A DNA stretch of 29,549 bases from a virus (IMGVR_UViG_3300020294_000021:1-29549), one strand, 5' to 3'. Counted from the first letter of the stretch, positions 1-9,921 are shown. Notes: generated by a model not told the origin, from the letters alone. Numbers and translations are program-made.

Positions 1-16
1 GTTTAAAAGATTTCAT
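1..16 (-). CDS. 5' end of a gene running off the window (MKSFK...), possible capsid-targeted internal protein
   Basis: ATG at 16-14 overlaps the TGA of the 45-aa ORF (ATGA). Reads ATG AAA TCT TTT AAA = MKSFK, resembling the MK(T/S)F(K/Q)xF leader of T4-like internal head proteins. Only 5 codons visible. Confidence 0.45.
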
Positions 17-150
17 ATCTGATTAAATGGATATTGTTTTAGTTTTTCTTCAACAGTCCTAAGATCTATTGGAAGATGAAATTTGACTAATTTACCAGAT
101 CCACTAGGATCTATAATAAATTTAGTTGCTGGATTTACCGAATTCCTCAT
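13..150 (-). CDS. Small hypothetical protein, 45 aa (MRNSVNPATKFIIDPSGSGKLVKFHLPIDLRTVEEKLKQYPFNQI), not in ORF track
   Basis: Translated by hand. ATG (150-148) overlaps the TGA of the 169-aa gene, and its own TGA (15-13) overlaps the next ATG. ATGA coupling at both ends fills the gap exactly. Confidence 0.7.
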   Translation of the reverse strand: MRNSVNPATKFIIDPSGSGKLVKFHLPIDLRTVEEKLKQYPFNQI

Positions 151-656
151 GAATAATGGAAGTCTCTATCCTTTTTCTTATCTTTTAATTTTTTACCACG
201 TTGTCTCTTTTCCCCAGTTTCGCCATAACCATCTGGATGTGGACCTGCTTTTGCTGATCCTATATTATCAGGACTTCTTCCACTATCATCAGTATAGTGT
301 AATCTAGCATCCTTTCCTGCCTTCTTTGTAATAACTGATTCTTGACCATACTTACTACCAAGTCGTCTCATAACTCTACCAAACCTTGTCTTTGACATAG
401 TATTTGGTCTTGATGTTGAATAAGAAACTTCACGAGCATCCGATCCATCATCGTACTTATATTTTCCAGTTGATTTTTTAAAACCAATTTTATTTCGTTT
501 CAAATCATTTTCAAGATTTGATCTTTTTTTACGATTCTCATTTTCATCATCACCACGATCTGGTGATATGTGACCAGTATCAAATTTGTCAGACTTAGAA
601 AGAGATCTTGCTAATCCACCTTCACATAATTGTAAAAATTCTTGAAATGTTTTCAT
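147..656 (-). CDS. Putative capsid-internal protein with SAM lyase (T3 SAMase/DUF3293-like) motif pattern, 169 aa
   Basis: N-terminus MKTFQEFLQLCE resembles the T4 capsid-targeting sequence with an L-x-E cleavage site. Core ISPDR..ENRKKRSNLENDL..GKY..REVSY..LGSKYGQESV..ARLHY follows the SAMase motif order. Start overlaps the upstream stop (TAATG at 656). The CDS itself is secure; the function is inferred. Confidence 0.6.
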   Translation of the reverse strand: MKTFQEFLQLCEGGLARSLSKSDKFDTGHISPDRGDDENENRKKRSNLENDLKRNKIGFKKSTGKYKYDDGSDAREVSYSTSRPNTMSKTRFGRVMRRLGSKYGQESVITKKAGKDARLHYTDDSGRSPDNIGSAKAGPHPDGYGETGEKRQRGKKLKDKKKDRDFHYS

Positions 657-3600
657 TATGCTAAAGCAATTGCTCTAAAGTCTTTTAATTTAACAGGAAC
701 ACATTCATTAGTAGATGTCATTACAATCTTAATTACAAATCCACTAAATTGCTCTAAATCATCAATGCTAAACTGATACTCTGAGAAGTCATTTTGACCA
801 CTCTTATTGACTTTAGCATCTGCTCTACCGTCATTCAAACCAATATCAATAATTTGATCACCAAATCCATCACCATCTGTATCAATTAGATTTTTATATC
901 CAGCGAATGCTCTATAATTTTGAGAAACTTCACTAGAATCTGCAGTAAACAGTCTATAATAAACTCTGAAATCTGCTTCTGGTTGTACATTAGCAGCAAC
1001 AAGAACTTTTAATGAACTTGCTGGTTGCTTCAAATTAACCCTTCTTGTCACATAGATGGATCCATGTGGATCACCAGTAACTTTTGTTGTCCTAGTATCA
1101 CTAGCATAATTATCTATGCCTATTGGATTGTTAATCTTATTTCTTCCAGCAATAAATGTTGCGTTCTGAGCATCCAATACTGGTGAAAGATTGGGATCAC
1201 TGGATACCATATCAACTTTCAGTGTAAGTGATTTTTGATTTGGAAGAGAATCTAATCTAGCAGCCTCGTTAACTCTAGAAGCAATAAGTCTAGGTGTTGG
1301 GAAGAATGTAGTTTCATTTAAAATAGTAGGTTCAAATCCTTGATCAATGAAGGATACTTCGTTTCCATTAGCACTTGTACCAGTTATAGTTCTAAATGAT
1401 GAACTAACTTGTGTTTTGCCAGGTGTTATTACATTAAATTGAGCAGATAGTGTACTAAACTGATGATTCTGAGATATTCCAACAGTATTGCCACCAACAG
1501 TCTTTTCACTAATAAAGTTTAATTGATTTTTACCAGCAGCTCTATTGCCAATTCCTCTATCAATTTCCAAGTAATAATTATCAATATTAGATAGATTTCT
1601 TAGTGTAGAATTTGTTGGAATTGTATGCGTGGTATTGATTTTAGTCAATGGCATTCCATTAACTTCATATGGTTGGATAGTAGATCCGCTTTGATGAGAG
1701 AGTGCAAAAGTTTCATCAACACCCCTACCACTTAATGATAATATATTAGAAGAACCGATTACATACGATACAATCTCATTATTCAATAATGCTTCACCTC
1801 TATCAGTTGTTATACCAGCAAAATTAGCAAAAATTGACGTTGATGCTACTGATACTGCGGTAGCAGAAGCAGATATGTCTTGTGTTGTTTCAGACTTAGA
1901 AGTATCTGGTAAAATATTTGTAATTTTAATTGTGTTATTAGAACCATGATGAGCATGATTATGCTGAATAACTTCAACAATATTTCCAGAATGTAAATCA
2001 TCAATAACAACTGAATCTGCTGCAGCAGTCACTGCAGTAAGAACTGTTCTTGTATCATTATTAGCACCATAATGAATAATTTGATCACCACTGACAAATT
2101 TTTCACCCTGAACATCAGTTAGGTATAATGTATCAATACTATTTTGTTGAATATCAGTAACAACAAATTTAGCACCTGCTCCACCAGTTAATGTTGATGT
2201 CTGAGAAACATCCATAGTAACAATTTCACCAACTCTGTATCCAGATCCCCCATTAGTTAAACTACTGACACTTAATGCTCCATTAGTCGCAACAACAACA
2301 CTTCCTGATAATCCTGTACCATTACCATCTACAGAAAGGAAATTTGTAGAAGAATGAGTGGCAACATCATATCCAGAACCATTTGCTACTGGGGTTAATC
2401 CAACAGGTGTTGTTGAAATAGGACCACCTCTTTCTTCAATAACAGCAGTAATACTATTATCCTCAATATCACCAACAAGTCCTGTACTTATCTTTCTACC
2501 TACAGGTATACTTGATACAGTTGCTTCAGCAACACCAGATAAACCAACTCTAAGTTTTCTAGGTAAAGATCTAATTGGATTGCTAGGTAATAATTGAGTA
2601 TTAATATCACCAGGTTGAATAGGTGTATTATAGAAAGTTACTGATCCTGAAGGAACAAATGATGCTTTCTTAAGAGTAAACTTAAGATCTTGATATTGGC
2701 TTGGTGTCCAAATTGTACCGTTCTGTGATTTAAATAAACTACCACCAATGTATTGCTTAGTAACAACACCGAATTGAGAATCATCAGTTGTTGCAGGTAG
2801 TCCTACAGGAGGAGTCACATTCTTTTGACCCATAGTGGCAACCCACATCTCAAATCCATCAGATCCTGGTGATAAGAATACTAAAGCATACTCTTTACCA
2901 GATTCCAAGAATATTGGTGATGGAAAATTAACTGTAGTTGCTACAGACGCATCATCTGAAATATTAATATTATTTGGATTTAATGCTACTTGAGCATAAT
3001 CTTGAACAAGGAAACTTGTAGGTGTTCCTAGTTCTACAGTTCTTAGTTCAACAAATACTTTAGCATTATCATCTTTAGTTTTAAAGAATACATCAAATGA
3101 TGTTAAGAACGCTCCAGTTTCATCAACAGTAAATGATTGTGCTAGAGGATCTCTATATGGTGCTTCTACTCTCGTTGTAGATGATGTTGAATTTACACTT
3201 ATTGTAGATGTAGTTTCATTAGGTTTCTGTGAAGGTTCTGGTGGATTTCTAACTCCAACAGTACTTGTATTTACTTCTAATATTGTTCCAGTTCCTGTAT
3301 AAGTTCCACTAGCATCACTAGAAAGAGGACCAGCACCTGGAGGAGCAAATGCTCCAGTTGTATTAGCAGTTAATCTAAAGGTCTTAGTTCCTGTGTAGAA
3401 CAATACTGAAGGTTGTGGTGTTTGATTAGCATTTCTAAAGAAGAATGCCCCTAAAACATCACCCCAGTTATCAGACATGAGATCTGTATTTGTTACTGTT
3501 GCTTCAGTACCAGATGTTTCTCCAACTAACTTAGCACCCTTAACAACATAACCATAATGAGTTGTTCCATTTGCTAAGGCACTAATATCACAGTTAAACA

Positions 3601-6600
3601 AAACTGATGTTGAAGAATATGTATTTGAAGGTGCAGGTCTTGATTTATCAAATGGATCAACACTATATGACTCTACAGTAACTGCAGGATGTCCCAATCC
3701 AGCAGCAAATTCTGGTCTACTTTCATCACCAAATTTATGATTTGGTGCTTGTGCTTTAACATAACCTATGGTATAAAACCCATTCATTACCCTAACATTT
3801 TCACCAACTGTAAATCCATTACCAGATCCAGCAGTAGTTGAAATTTCAATTAATTTAGGGAATATATCAGGAACTCCACTATCAAGTTTATGAATATGTT
3901 TTGTACCTGGTTTTAATCCATTAGCAGCAAAGTAAACATTCCTAGATCTCATGAATGGATCTGTATTACCATTAATCTTAATACTTTCAACATAATCAAA
4001 TTCTTGGTTATTACCAGTTAATTGATTAGTAAAACTAGTCTCTACAGTTTGTGTTGTAGTTGTAGTGGTTGTTGTGGTGGTATCAATATGATTACCATCA
4101 AACTGTCCATGTGTATTTGGATCATCCTCTCCAGGATCAACTTCAGTTACAGTTACATCTACATCAGTTGCTGTTGTTGTGTTATCAGAAACAACATTAG
4201 ATATTGTATTCCAAGTATTACCAGTAGACTCTGTTCTCTTATTGTCAACATAAATTGTTCTTGTCCAGTTATCTGATGGTGGATCTAATTGAATAGCACC
4301 AACATAGGTAATAACATTAAATGGATTAATATTTTCAAAACCAGATGCTTGTGGTTGGACAATCCAATTATCTTCAGTATAATCTAAAGTTATTAAATCT
4401 CCAGTCTTCTTGGTATTGCTATCCAACAAACTTAAGTTGGATGTCATATCAGCAGTTGTTGCATCAATTCCAGGATTGAGTGCTAACTGTGCTTTCATTG
4501 ACCAAAAATCAACCGCACTAACTAATTGCTTATTTACAACATCAACATCACATCTTGATCCATCTTCAGTATTGAAGTTAATAAAATCTCTATTTTTAAA
4601 GTCATTAACTACAAAACCAGATTTAAATCGATCCATACCGTCAGCATCTTTGACTTGAAGTGATTTTGTATCAAGTTCAAGAGCAGTTAATGAAGTCATT
4701 ACTTCAAGATTGGTAATTCTCTTTTCAAGTTTACCAATATCTCTCATAGTAAATCTTCTATTATCATATAATCTAATCTTAGGTCCTTTAATAGGATCAT
4801 AAAGATATGGTGGGAAGGTAATCTGAGCGATTTCCATAGAATCACCAACTTCAGTTGGTGGTGCTGGATTATCGTCTGATACACCTTTAACTAATTTTAC
4901 TTGTTCATTTTTATTAATTACTACCTTATCAATTCTAGGTAAGTAATAACTATATCCAAGAACTGTACTTTCATCTGGTGTAACAACATATCTTGTAACA
5001 GTTTCAAATACTCTATTCTCATATGCGAATGGTGATTCAGCATTACCAGATGGTACGGTTACATCAGCAAATGCCTTAACTCTTGGTCTAAAATCAAGAA
5101 CATCAGATGCTCTATTACCAGCAATAGCAGGAACATCATTTGTAAATCTATTTCTAGAATATGAATTTACTGTATAGAAGTCACCTATAGTTCCAGCATT
5201 TTCATAATGATCAAAAATAATCAATAATCTCTTAGAAGGATTGGTAGAATTACCTCTCCTCATAATTCTAGAATAGTCGCAGAACTGTTTTCTATGACCC
5301 TTATCTAGAGTATAATTTGATGTTCTATCAATATAATTACCTTCAATTGATTTTTGTATATTTGCAGTAATTTGAGATTCTTTAAAAGTTACAGATTCAC
5401 CAGCAATAAATCTATTTCCATTTAAATATACAAATTCAATTTTATTTCCAACATTAGGTCTGTTTACAACTTGACCAATAGCTCTACTATCTACTCCTAA
5501 GACCTGTTCACCAACAAAAGTATTTGTATTAAGATCTAATCCAGATACAAATTCTAAAGTATCAAGAGTTGGTTTAGAATTATCAGTTGATTCTAATACA
5601 GCATGAACCTTAACAGCATCAGGAACATTTAATGATATTTCTTTATCTTCAACACGTAGACCATAAGCATTACTTTGTGTAATAAATGTAGAAAGTCCTA
5701 CTGAACTTGTTACCTCTAGTTGAGCACTTCTATTATAAGTTTTACCTTTACTACTGAGTCCCAACTTCTTCATAGTAACATTAACTGTTATATTACTATC
5801 CAAAACTCCTTGGTTTGATGGATTGGCAGTATCCCATTCTCCAGGTCTTTGTACATTAAATCTTATTGCAGAACCACCAGATAAAATTTCTACTCTGTCT
5901 GATGTTAATTTTTCAATAGTACCATCATTATAGTGAATTGAATATCTTTCAGCATCAAATGGTTCAAAGAATGCAGTTGTAATACCTAAAGCACCATCTG
6001 CTCCAGAATTTTCAAATACTTGACTAGCTTGAACTACTAAATTTCCATTATAAGTACCACTTGACTCTAATGACTTACCAGAAACCTGTCTCGATACTAT
6101 AAGATTAGAATCTGATAAATCTACAGTAGAAATATTTCTCTTAGGTAATCTACTATAAAGTCCAGATCTATTAAAATTGACTATTTTAGGAACTTTAACT
6201 GTAAATGTTGAACTAACTGTTGTGCTAGTTCCTGGTAAATCTTTATCACAGATACCAGTAACATCAGCAGGTGCTGCTGTAAGAGTAACAGTACCACCAT
6301 CACTACTAATAGCAGAAACTACATTATAAACTGGATCAGTTGAAGTGCTATTTGAATATCCAAGTATACTATCTACTTTTACACCATTAACACCAGAAAA
6401 TCTTCTTTGTGGACAGGTCGCAGTAGTAACATTACTTCCATCAGTAGCAACATTTAATTGATCCGTTTTAGAGAAATTTGGTAAAGTTCTATCATAAAGA
6501 ACAGCATCTGCAGTAAAATCTTTTTGAAGAGATCCGACAGTTGTTGGTTGGAAAACTGATTTTATATCATCAATGGTATATTGTGTTACAGCAGATACTG

Positions 6601-8266
6601 AAGCTGTACATGTATCTAATCCAACACTACTTGTTCTTTCATTGAATACTAACTTTTCACCAGCAACAAAATTTCCAGTAGTTTGAGAAACATTTATAGT
6701 ACCTGCAGTTGGATGATCAGCAACATATGCTTCAGCACCACTACTCATTCCCCTAACTTTAGATCCAACTGGAGCTAAAGTATTTTGCTGATAAGTTAAT
6801 CCACCAGCACCATTACCAATTTCTAATGCTGTATATGTTTGGAGATCATACATGTATAGATCCCATTCAGTAGTTGCATCCTTATAAGTGTCATCTGAAG
6901 GAGAAAATGAATAAACACGAGCTTCACCAACTTTAGTTCCAGCACCAGCAGTTGGAACACCAGTTCCCTTTCTTTGACTGAAAAGATCTACATTATTAGC
7001 AAGTTTACTGCCCGTTGATGAGTTTCCAAGGTTTACGAGAGGAGTTCCATGTGGATTATTAATTCTTAAAAGACTTCCCATCTTGAAAGATATTGAGGAA
7101 GATTTTATGGACTTAGTATCTCTTGGTTTTTCAACATCTAAAACTGTAGTACCCGTTATTGGTACATCAAATCCCCTAACATACGCTGTGCCTGGTGATA
7201 ACTTTATACACGCTAAATCATCGTTAGGTGTATTAAGTTCGTCTGTTTTCTCACCCTCCACAAATAAACCATTAGATCCTATTTCATCATTCAATGAATT
7301 TTGAACATTGACTGTAAATGGTCTTATAGCATAGTTACCAGATTCATCGTATGTTCTCTTAGCAAGATATTTTCTTATCTCAGAATAAAGAGTACTATTC
7401 TGTATTTTCTTGACTTCACCTTTTTTTACTTTAACTAATTCTACAAAATTAGTATCATCAAAGTCATCAAGTGCTTTTTTCGCTAATTTAACACTAATTT
7501 TAAACCTATCCGCACCTGGAGCAGCAAAATTAGTAAAACCTTTTGCATTATCATTTAAAGTAGAATCATCATTAGAAGATACAGTTTCTTCAATAATTTC
7601 AAATCCAACTCTATATGATGGTTTGTTTGTATATGGTTCTAATACTATTAGAGATTTTGTTACATCTACAAAAGTACCTCTTATAAAATAGACACCATTA
7701 TCTACACCAACAGCAGATCCAGTTGCTGTAGAATTTTCACTAACCAATGTTAGTACAGTATCACCAGAATTTAATGTTGTATTCCCATAAGTAACATTCT
7801 CATCAAGAACTAATATTTCTCCATTTGGGAATGGTTCACTTGCACCAACACTATCAGACTCTGTATACTTTACAAATATTGTAATATCATCAACACCTTC
7901 TGCTGGTGGTAAAACATAATTAACAATTTTACCTACTATCTGAGAGTTTTGACCTCTTACCTTTGTTCCACCATTAGCTATTAATGAATCAAGGTATATA
8001 CTAACATCTATACCTAAATGATCATCATTTACCTTACATGAAAAATATGTACTATCATATGTGACAGATCCAGGTATAACCATAGATCCTTCTCTGAATA
8101 TATGATTACCGAAAGATTCTATCTGATTCTGTAATATTGATTGGAGTCCTGTTAATTCTCTTGCTTGAACTGGATATCCAGGTTTAAACAAGACCTTATA
8201 ATAGTTCTTCGCCTTATCAAAATCATCGTAATAAGGACTTATATTTAAATTAGTCTTTTGTGGCAT
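656..8266 (-). CDS. Large virion structural protein, VrlC-like / DUF4815 family, baseplate-associated, 2536 aa
   Basis: N-terminus TNLNISPYYDDFD..NYYKVLFKPGYPVQARELTGLQSILQNQIE; internal APGADRFKI, KRTYDESGNY, YYLPRIDK, RRFTMRDIGKLEKRI, DPLAQSF and GSLFKSQNGTIW; C-terminal FVIKIVM..DFRAIALA. Typical of the large protein following gp8 in cyanomyoviruses. Confidence 0.85.
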   Translation of the reverse strand: MPQKTNLNISPYYDDFDKAKNYYKVLFKPGYPVQARELTGLQSILQNQIESFGNHIFREGSMVIPGSVTYDSTYFSCKVNDDHLGIDVSIYLDSLIANGGTKVRGQNSQIVGKIVNYVLPPAEGVDDITIFVKYTESDSVGASEPFPNGEILVLDENVTYGNTTLNSGDTVLTLVSENSTATGSAVGVDNGVYFIRGTFVDVTKSLIVLEPYTNKPSYRVGFEIIEETVSSNDDSTLNDNAKGFTNFAAPGADRFKISVKLAKKALDDFDDTNFVELVKVKKGEVKKIQNSTLYSEIRKYLAKRTYDESGNYAIRPFTVNVQNSLNDEIGSNGLFVEGEKTDELNTPNDDLACIKLSPGTAYVRGFDVPITGTTVLDVEKPRDTKSIKSSSISFKMGSLLRINNPHGTPLVNLGNSSTGSKLANNVDLFSQRKGTGVPTAGAGTKVGEARVYSFSPSDDTYKDATTEWDLYMYDLQTYTALEIGNGAGGLTYQQNTLAPVGSKVRGMSSGAEAYVADHPTAGTINVSQTTGNFVAGEKLVFNERTSSVGLDTCTASVSAVTQYTIDDIKSVFQPTTVGSLQKDFTADAVLYDRTLPNFSKTDQLNVATDGSNVTTATCPQRRFSGVNGVKVDSILGYSNSTSTDPVYNVVSAISSDGGTVTLTAAPADVTGICDKDLPGTSTTVSSTFTVKVPKIVNFNRSGLYSRLPKRNISTVDLSDSNLIVSRQVSGKSLESSGTYNGNLVVQASQVFENSGADGALGITTAFFEPFDAERYSIHYNDGTIEKLTSDRVEILSGGSAIRFNVQRPGEWDTANPSNQGVLDSNITVNVTMKKLGLSSKGKTYNRSAQLEVTSSVGLSTFITQSNAYGLRVEDKEISLNVPDAVKVHAVLESTDNSKPTLDTLEFVSGLDLNTNTFVGEQVLGVDSRAIGQVVNRPNVGNKIEFVYLNGNRFIAGESVTFKESQITANIQKSIEGNYIDRTSNYTLDKGHRKQFCDYSRIMRRGNSTNPSKRLLIIFDHYENAGTIGDFYTVNSYSRNRFTNDVPAIAGNRASDVLDFRPRVKAFADVTVPSGNAESPFAYENRVFETVTRYVVTPDESTVLGYSYYLPRIDKVVINKNEQVKLVKGVSDDNPAPPTEVGDSMEIAQITFPPYLYDPIKGPKIRLYDNRRFTMRDIGKLEKRITNLEVMTSLTALELDTKSLQVKDADGMDRFKSGFVVNDFKNRDFINFNTEDGSRCDVDVVNKQLVSAVDFWSMKAQLALNPGIDATTADMTSNLSLLDSNTKKTGDLITLDYTEDNWIVQPQASGFENINPFNVITYVGAIQLDPPSDNWTRTIYVDNKRTESTGNTWNTISNVVSDNTTTATDVDVTVTEVDPGEDDPNTHGQFDGNHIDTTTTTTTTTTQTVETSFTNQLTGNNQEFDYVESIKINGNTDPFMRSRNVYFAANGLKPGTKHIHKLDSGVPDIFPKLIEISTTAGSGNGFTVGENVRVMNGFYTIGYVKAQAPNHKFGDESRPEFAAGLGHPAVTVESYSVDPFDKSRPAPSNTYSSTSVLFNCDISALANGTTHYGYVVKGAKLVGETSGTEATVTNTDLMSDNWGDVLGAFFFRNANQTPQPSVLFYTGTKTFRLTANTTGAFAPPGAGPLSSDASGTYTGTGTILEVNTSTVGVRNPPEPSQKPNETTSTISVNSTSSTTRVEAPYRDPLAQSFTVDETGAFLTSFDVFFKTKDDNAKVFVELRTVELGTPTSFLVQDYAQVALNPNNINISDDASVATTVNFPSPIFLESGKEYALVFLSPGSDGFEMWVATMGQKNVTPPVGLPATTDDSQFGVVTKQYIGGSLFKSQNGTIWTPSQYQDLKFTLKKASFVPSGSVTFYNTPIQPGDINTQLLPSNPIRSLPRKLRVGLSGVAEATVSSIPVGRKISTGLVGDIEDNSITAVIEERGGPISTTPVGLTPVANGSGYDVATHSSTNFLSVDGNGTGLSGSVVVATNGALSVSSLTNGGSGYRVGEIVTMDVSQTSTLTGGAGAKFVVTDIQQNSIDTLYLTDVQGEKFVSGDQIIHYGANNDTRTVLTAVTAAADSVVIDDLHSGNIVEVIQHNHAHHGSNNTIKITNILPDTSKSETTQDISASATAVSVASTSIFANFAGITTDRGEALLNNEIVSYVIGSSNILSLSGRGVDETFALSHQSGSTIQPYEVNGMPLTKINTTHTIPTNSTLRNLSNIDNYYLEIDRGIGNRAAGKNQLNFISEKTVGGNTVGISQNHQFSTLSAQFNVITPGKTQVSSSFRTITGTSANGNEVSFIDQGFEPTILNETTFFPTPRLIASRVNEAARLDSLPNQKSLTLKVDMVSSDPNLSPVLDAQNATFIAGRNKINNPIGIDNYASDTRTTKVTGDPHGSIYVTRRVNLKQPASSLKVLVAANVQPEADFRVYYRLFTADSSEVSQNYRAFAGYKNLIDTDGDGFGDQIIDIGLNDGRADAKVNKSGQNDFSEYQFSIDDLEQFSGFVIKIVMTSTNECVPVKLKDFRAIALA

Positions 8267-8272
8267 TTTACT

Positions 8273-9892
8273 TTAGAATTCCAGGATGATTTTAACGTCT
8301 TCTTTTTGTCGAGTATTTCGAGCAATCAAAGGTCTATGGTCAATATAAACCAAATCCCCTGATCCTTTATTTATCTCTGGTTTGGATAACCCACTTGTGA
8401 AGGAGGTATTCAAATTAATTTGCTTAGATCCAGTTGGATTTGTGGTGATTCCAGTGTAACCACTGTTTATATAACCTTTAAATCCAGAGGAATTACCTTC
8501 AACTACAGGTCCAGTAGATGAAAAATCAAAAAAGCGACCTTCAGTTGAGATACCAATATAATCAGTTTGATCTCTACTACCTTTGTAGTTTAATGATCTG
8601 TCAGTAAAGTATTTTAAAACTTTAGTTTCAGTATCAAAAGAAGCAACATATGCTCTCGCAACTCTTGTATCACCATTAGCAAGAATTAATTGCTGTTCAA
8701 TAATTTCACCAACTTCAGGATTTCCCTGAACCTTCTTAGTAACATCATTACTATTTGGTTCATCATGAAATATCATTGCGTTTAATGATGAAAACTGACT
8801 TCCAGTAAATCCAGTAGAAACTGTACCACCACTACCACCAACAGTTGGATTTTTTACTATACCAACTACGGAAAATTTAGTGTCTGTTGGGAAATCTTTA
8901 GATGAATCATCAAATCTAGCATAAATTAAAACTTTATCTGTACCCAGTTCTGTGTAAATGTCATATCCATGACCTTTACTTGGAGGAACTATAGGAACTA
9001 ACTTTGCAGAAGTACCAGAAGATGTATTGTTGATTGCTTGTAAATCAACTAATCCATAACTATACCCTTGCCCACCAGCACTAACTGTTACATCAGATAT
9101 AACACCCTGATTAACACTTACTCTTGCCTTTGCTCCTGTACCATCTCCTACAATATCAACCTCTTGACCCGTTAATGTTTGGTATGAAGAACCACCATTA
9201 TCGATGTATACATGCTTAATTTGGTTGTTATTGATAGAAGAATCACCATTCTCCCTGACTGCTCTTATTTGAGGATCAGTGCTTGTTGCCCAATTGTTTG
9301 GGACAGTAATATATTCTGTAGAATCAAACTTTATAATATCACTAGGAGAAACTGTATATAAGTATTTCCAAACATATCCATCACCAGATCCACCAGCCTT
9401 TGATGGTTCTAAATCAGTAAATGTTGGTTCGTCCTGAGAAACATTTCCCTTTTCATTATCTCCATTAGAACCATTATCAATACAAATATAAACTTTAAAA
9501 TCAGCATTCATTACATAATACTGAGCATCATATAATCTACCAGCACTTTTCAGAGGACTTCGATTATCACTAGCATAATCATCTCTGTATATTTCATATC
9601 TAGTACCTGCTGTCCAATCAACTCTCTTTATAACCCTACGAATATTAGCAGAAGTAATCTTCTTACCAAACATCATAGTATCTCCTGCATGAGCATTAGT
9701 AGAGAAACTATCAAGTGGTTGTGGTGGATTGGTATTCCAATTTGCTGATCTACCATAACCAACAACAGTTGATTCTGTTAATTGTGTTGGGTTAGGTAAA
9801 CCAATAAAAACGTAGTAATTATTATTATCAATAGAATCTACGAAATTACTAGCATTTAATATCCTAAATTGGTCGGTGACAATTGCTGGCAT
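8273..9892 (-). CDS. gp8: Baseplate wedge subunit gp8, 539 aa
   Basis: MPAIVTDQFRILNA start; DW.AGTRYEIYRDDY, YYVMNADFKVYICIDN, GDGYVWKYLY; C-terminal SGDLVYIDHRPLIARNTRQKEDVKIILEF. Position after gp6 and gp7. Confidence 0.9.
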   Translation of the reverse strand: MPAIVTDQFRILNASNFVDSIDNNNYYVFIGLPNPTQLTESTVVGYGRSANWNTNPPQPLDSFSTNAHAGDTMMFGKKITSANIRRVIKRVDWTAGTRYEIYRDDYASDNRSPLKSAGRLYDAQYYVMNADFKVYICIDNGSNGDNEKGNVSQDEPTFTDLEPSKAGGSGDGYVWKYLYTVSPSDIIKFDSTEYITVPNNWATSTDPQIRAVRENGDSSINNNQIKHVYIDNGGSSYQTLTGQEVDIVGDGTGAKARVSVNQGVISDVTVSAGGQGYSYGLVDLQAINNTSSGTSAKLVPIVPPSKGHGYDIYTELGTDKVLIYARFDDSSKDFPTDTKFSVVGIVKNPTVGGSGGTVSTGFTGSQFSSLNAMIFHDEPNSNDVTKKVQGNPEVGEIIEQQLILANGDTRVARAYVASFDTETKVLKYFTDRSLNYKGSRDQTDYIGISTEGRFFDFSSTGPVVEGNSSGFKGYINSGYTGITTNPTGSKQINLNTSFTSGLSKPEINKGSGDLVYIDHRPLIARNTRQKEDVKIILEF

Positions 9893-9921
9893 TATCTTGT
9901 CTTAATTACACTTTTTTTCTT

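Noticed and set aside
9911-9921. T-run in the gp7/gp8 intergenic region as an intrinsic terminator
   Set aside because: It is an A-run on the coding strand just downstream of the late promoter with no GC-rich stem, so more likely part of an A-rich leader.
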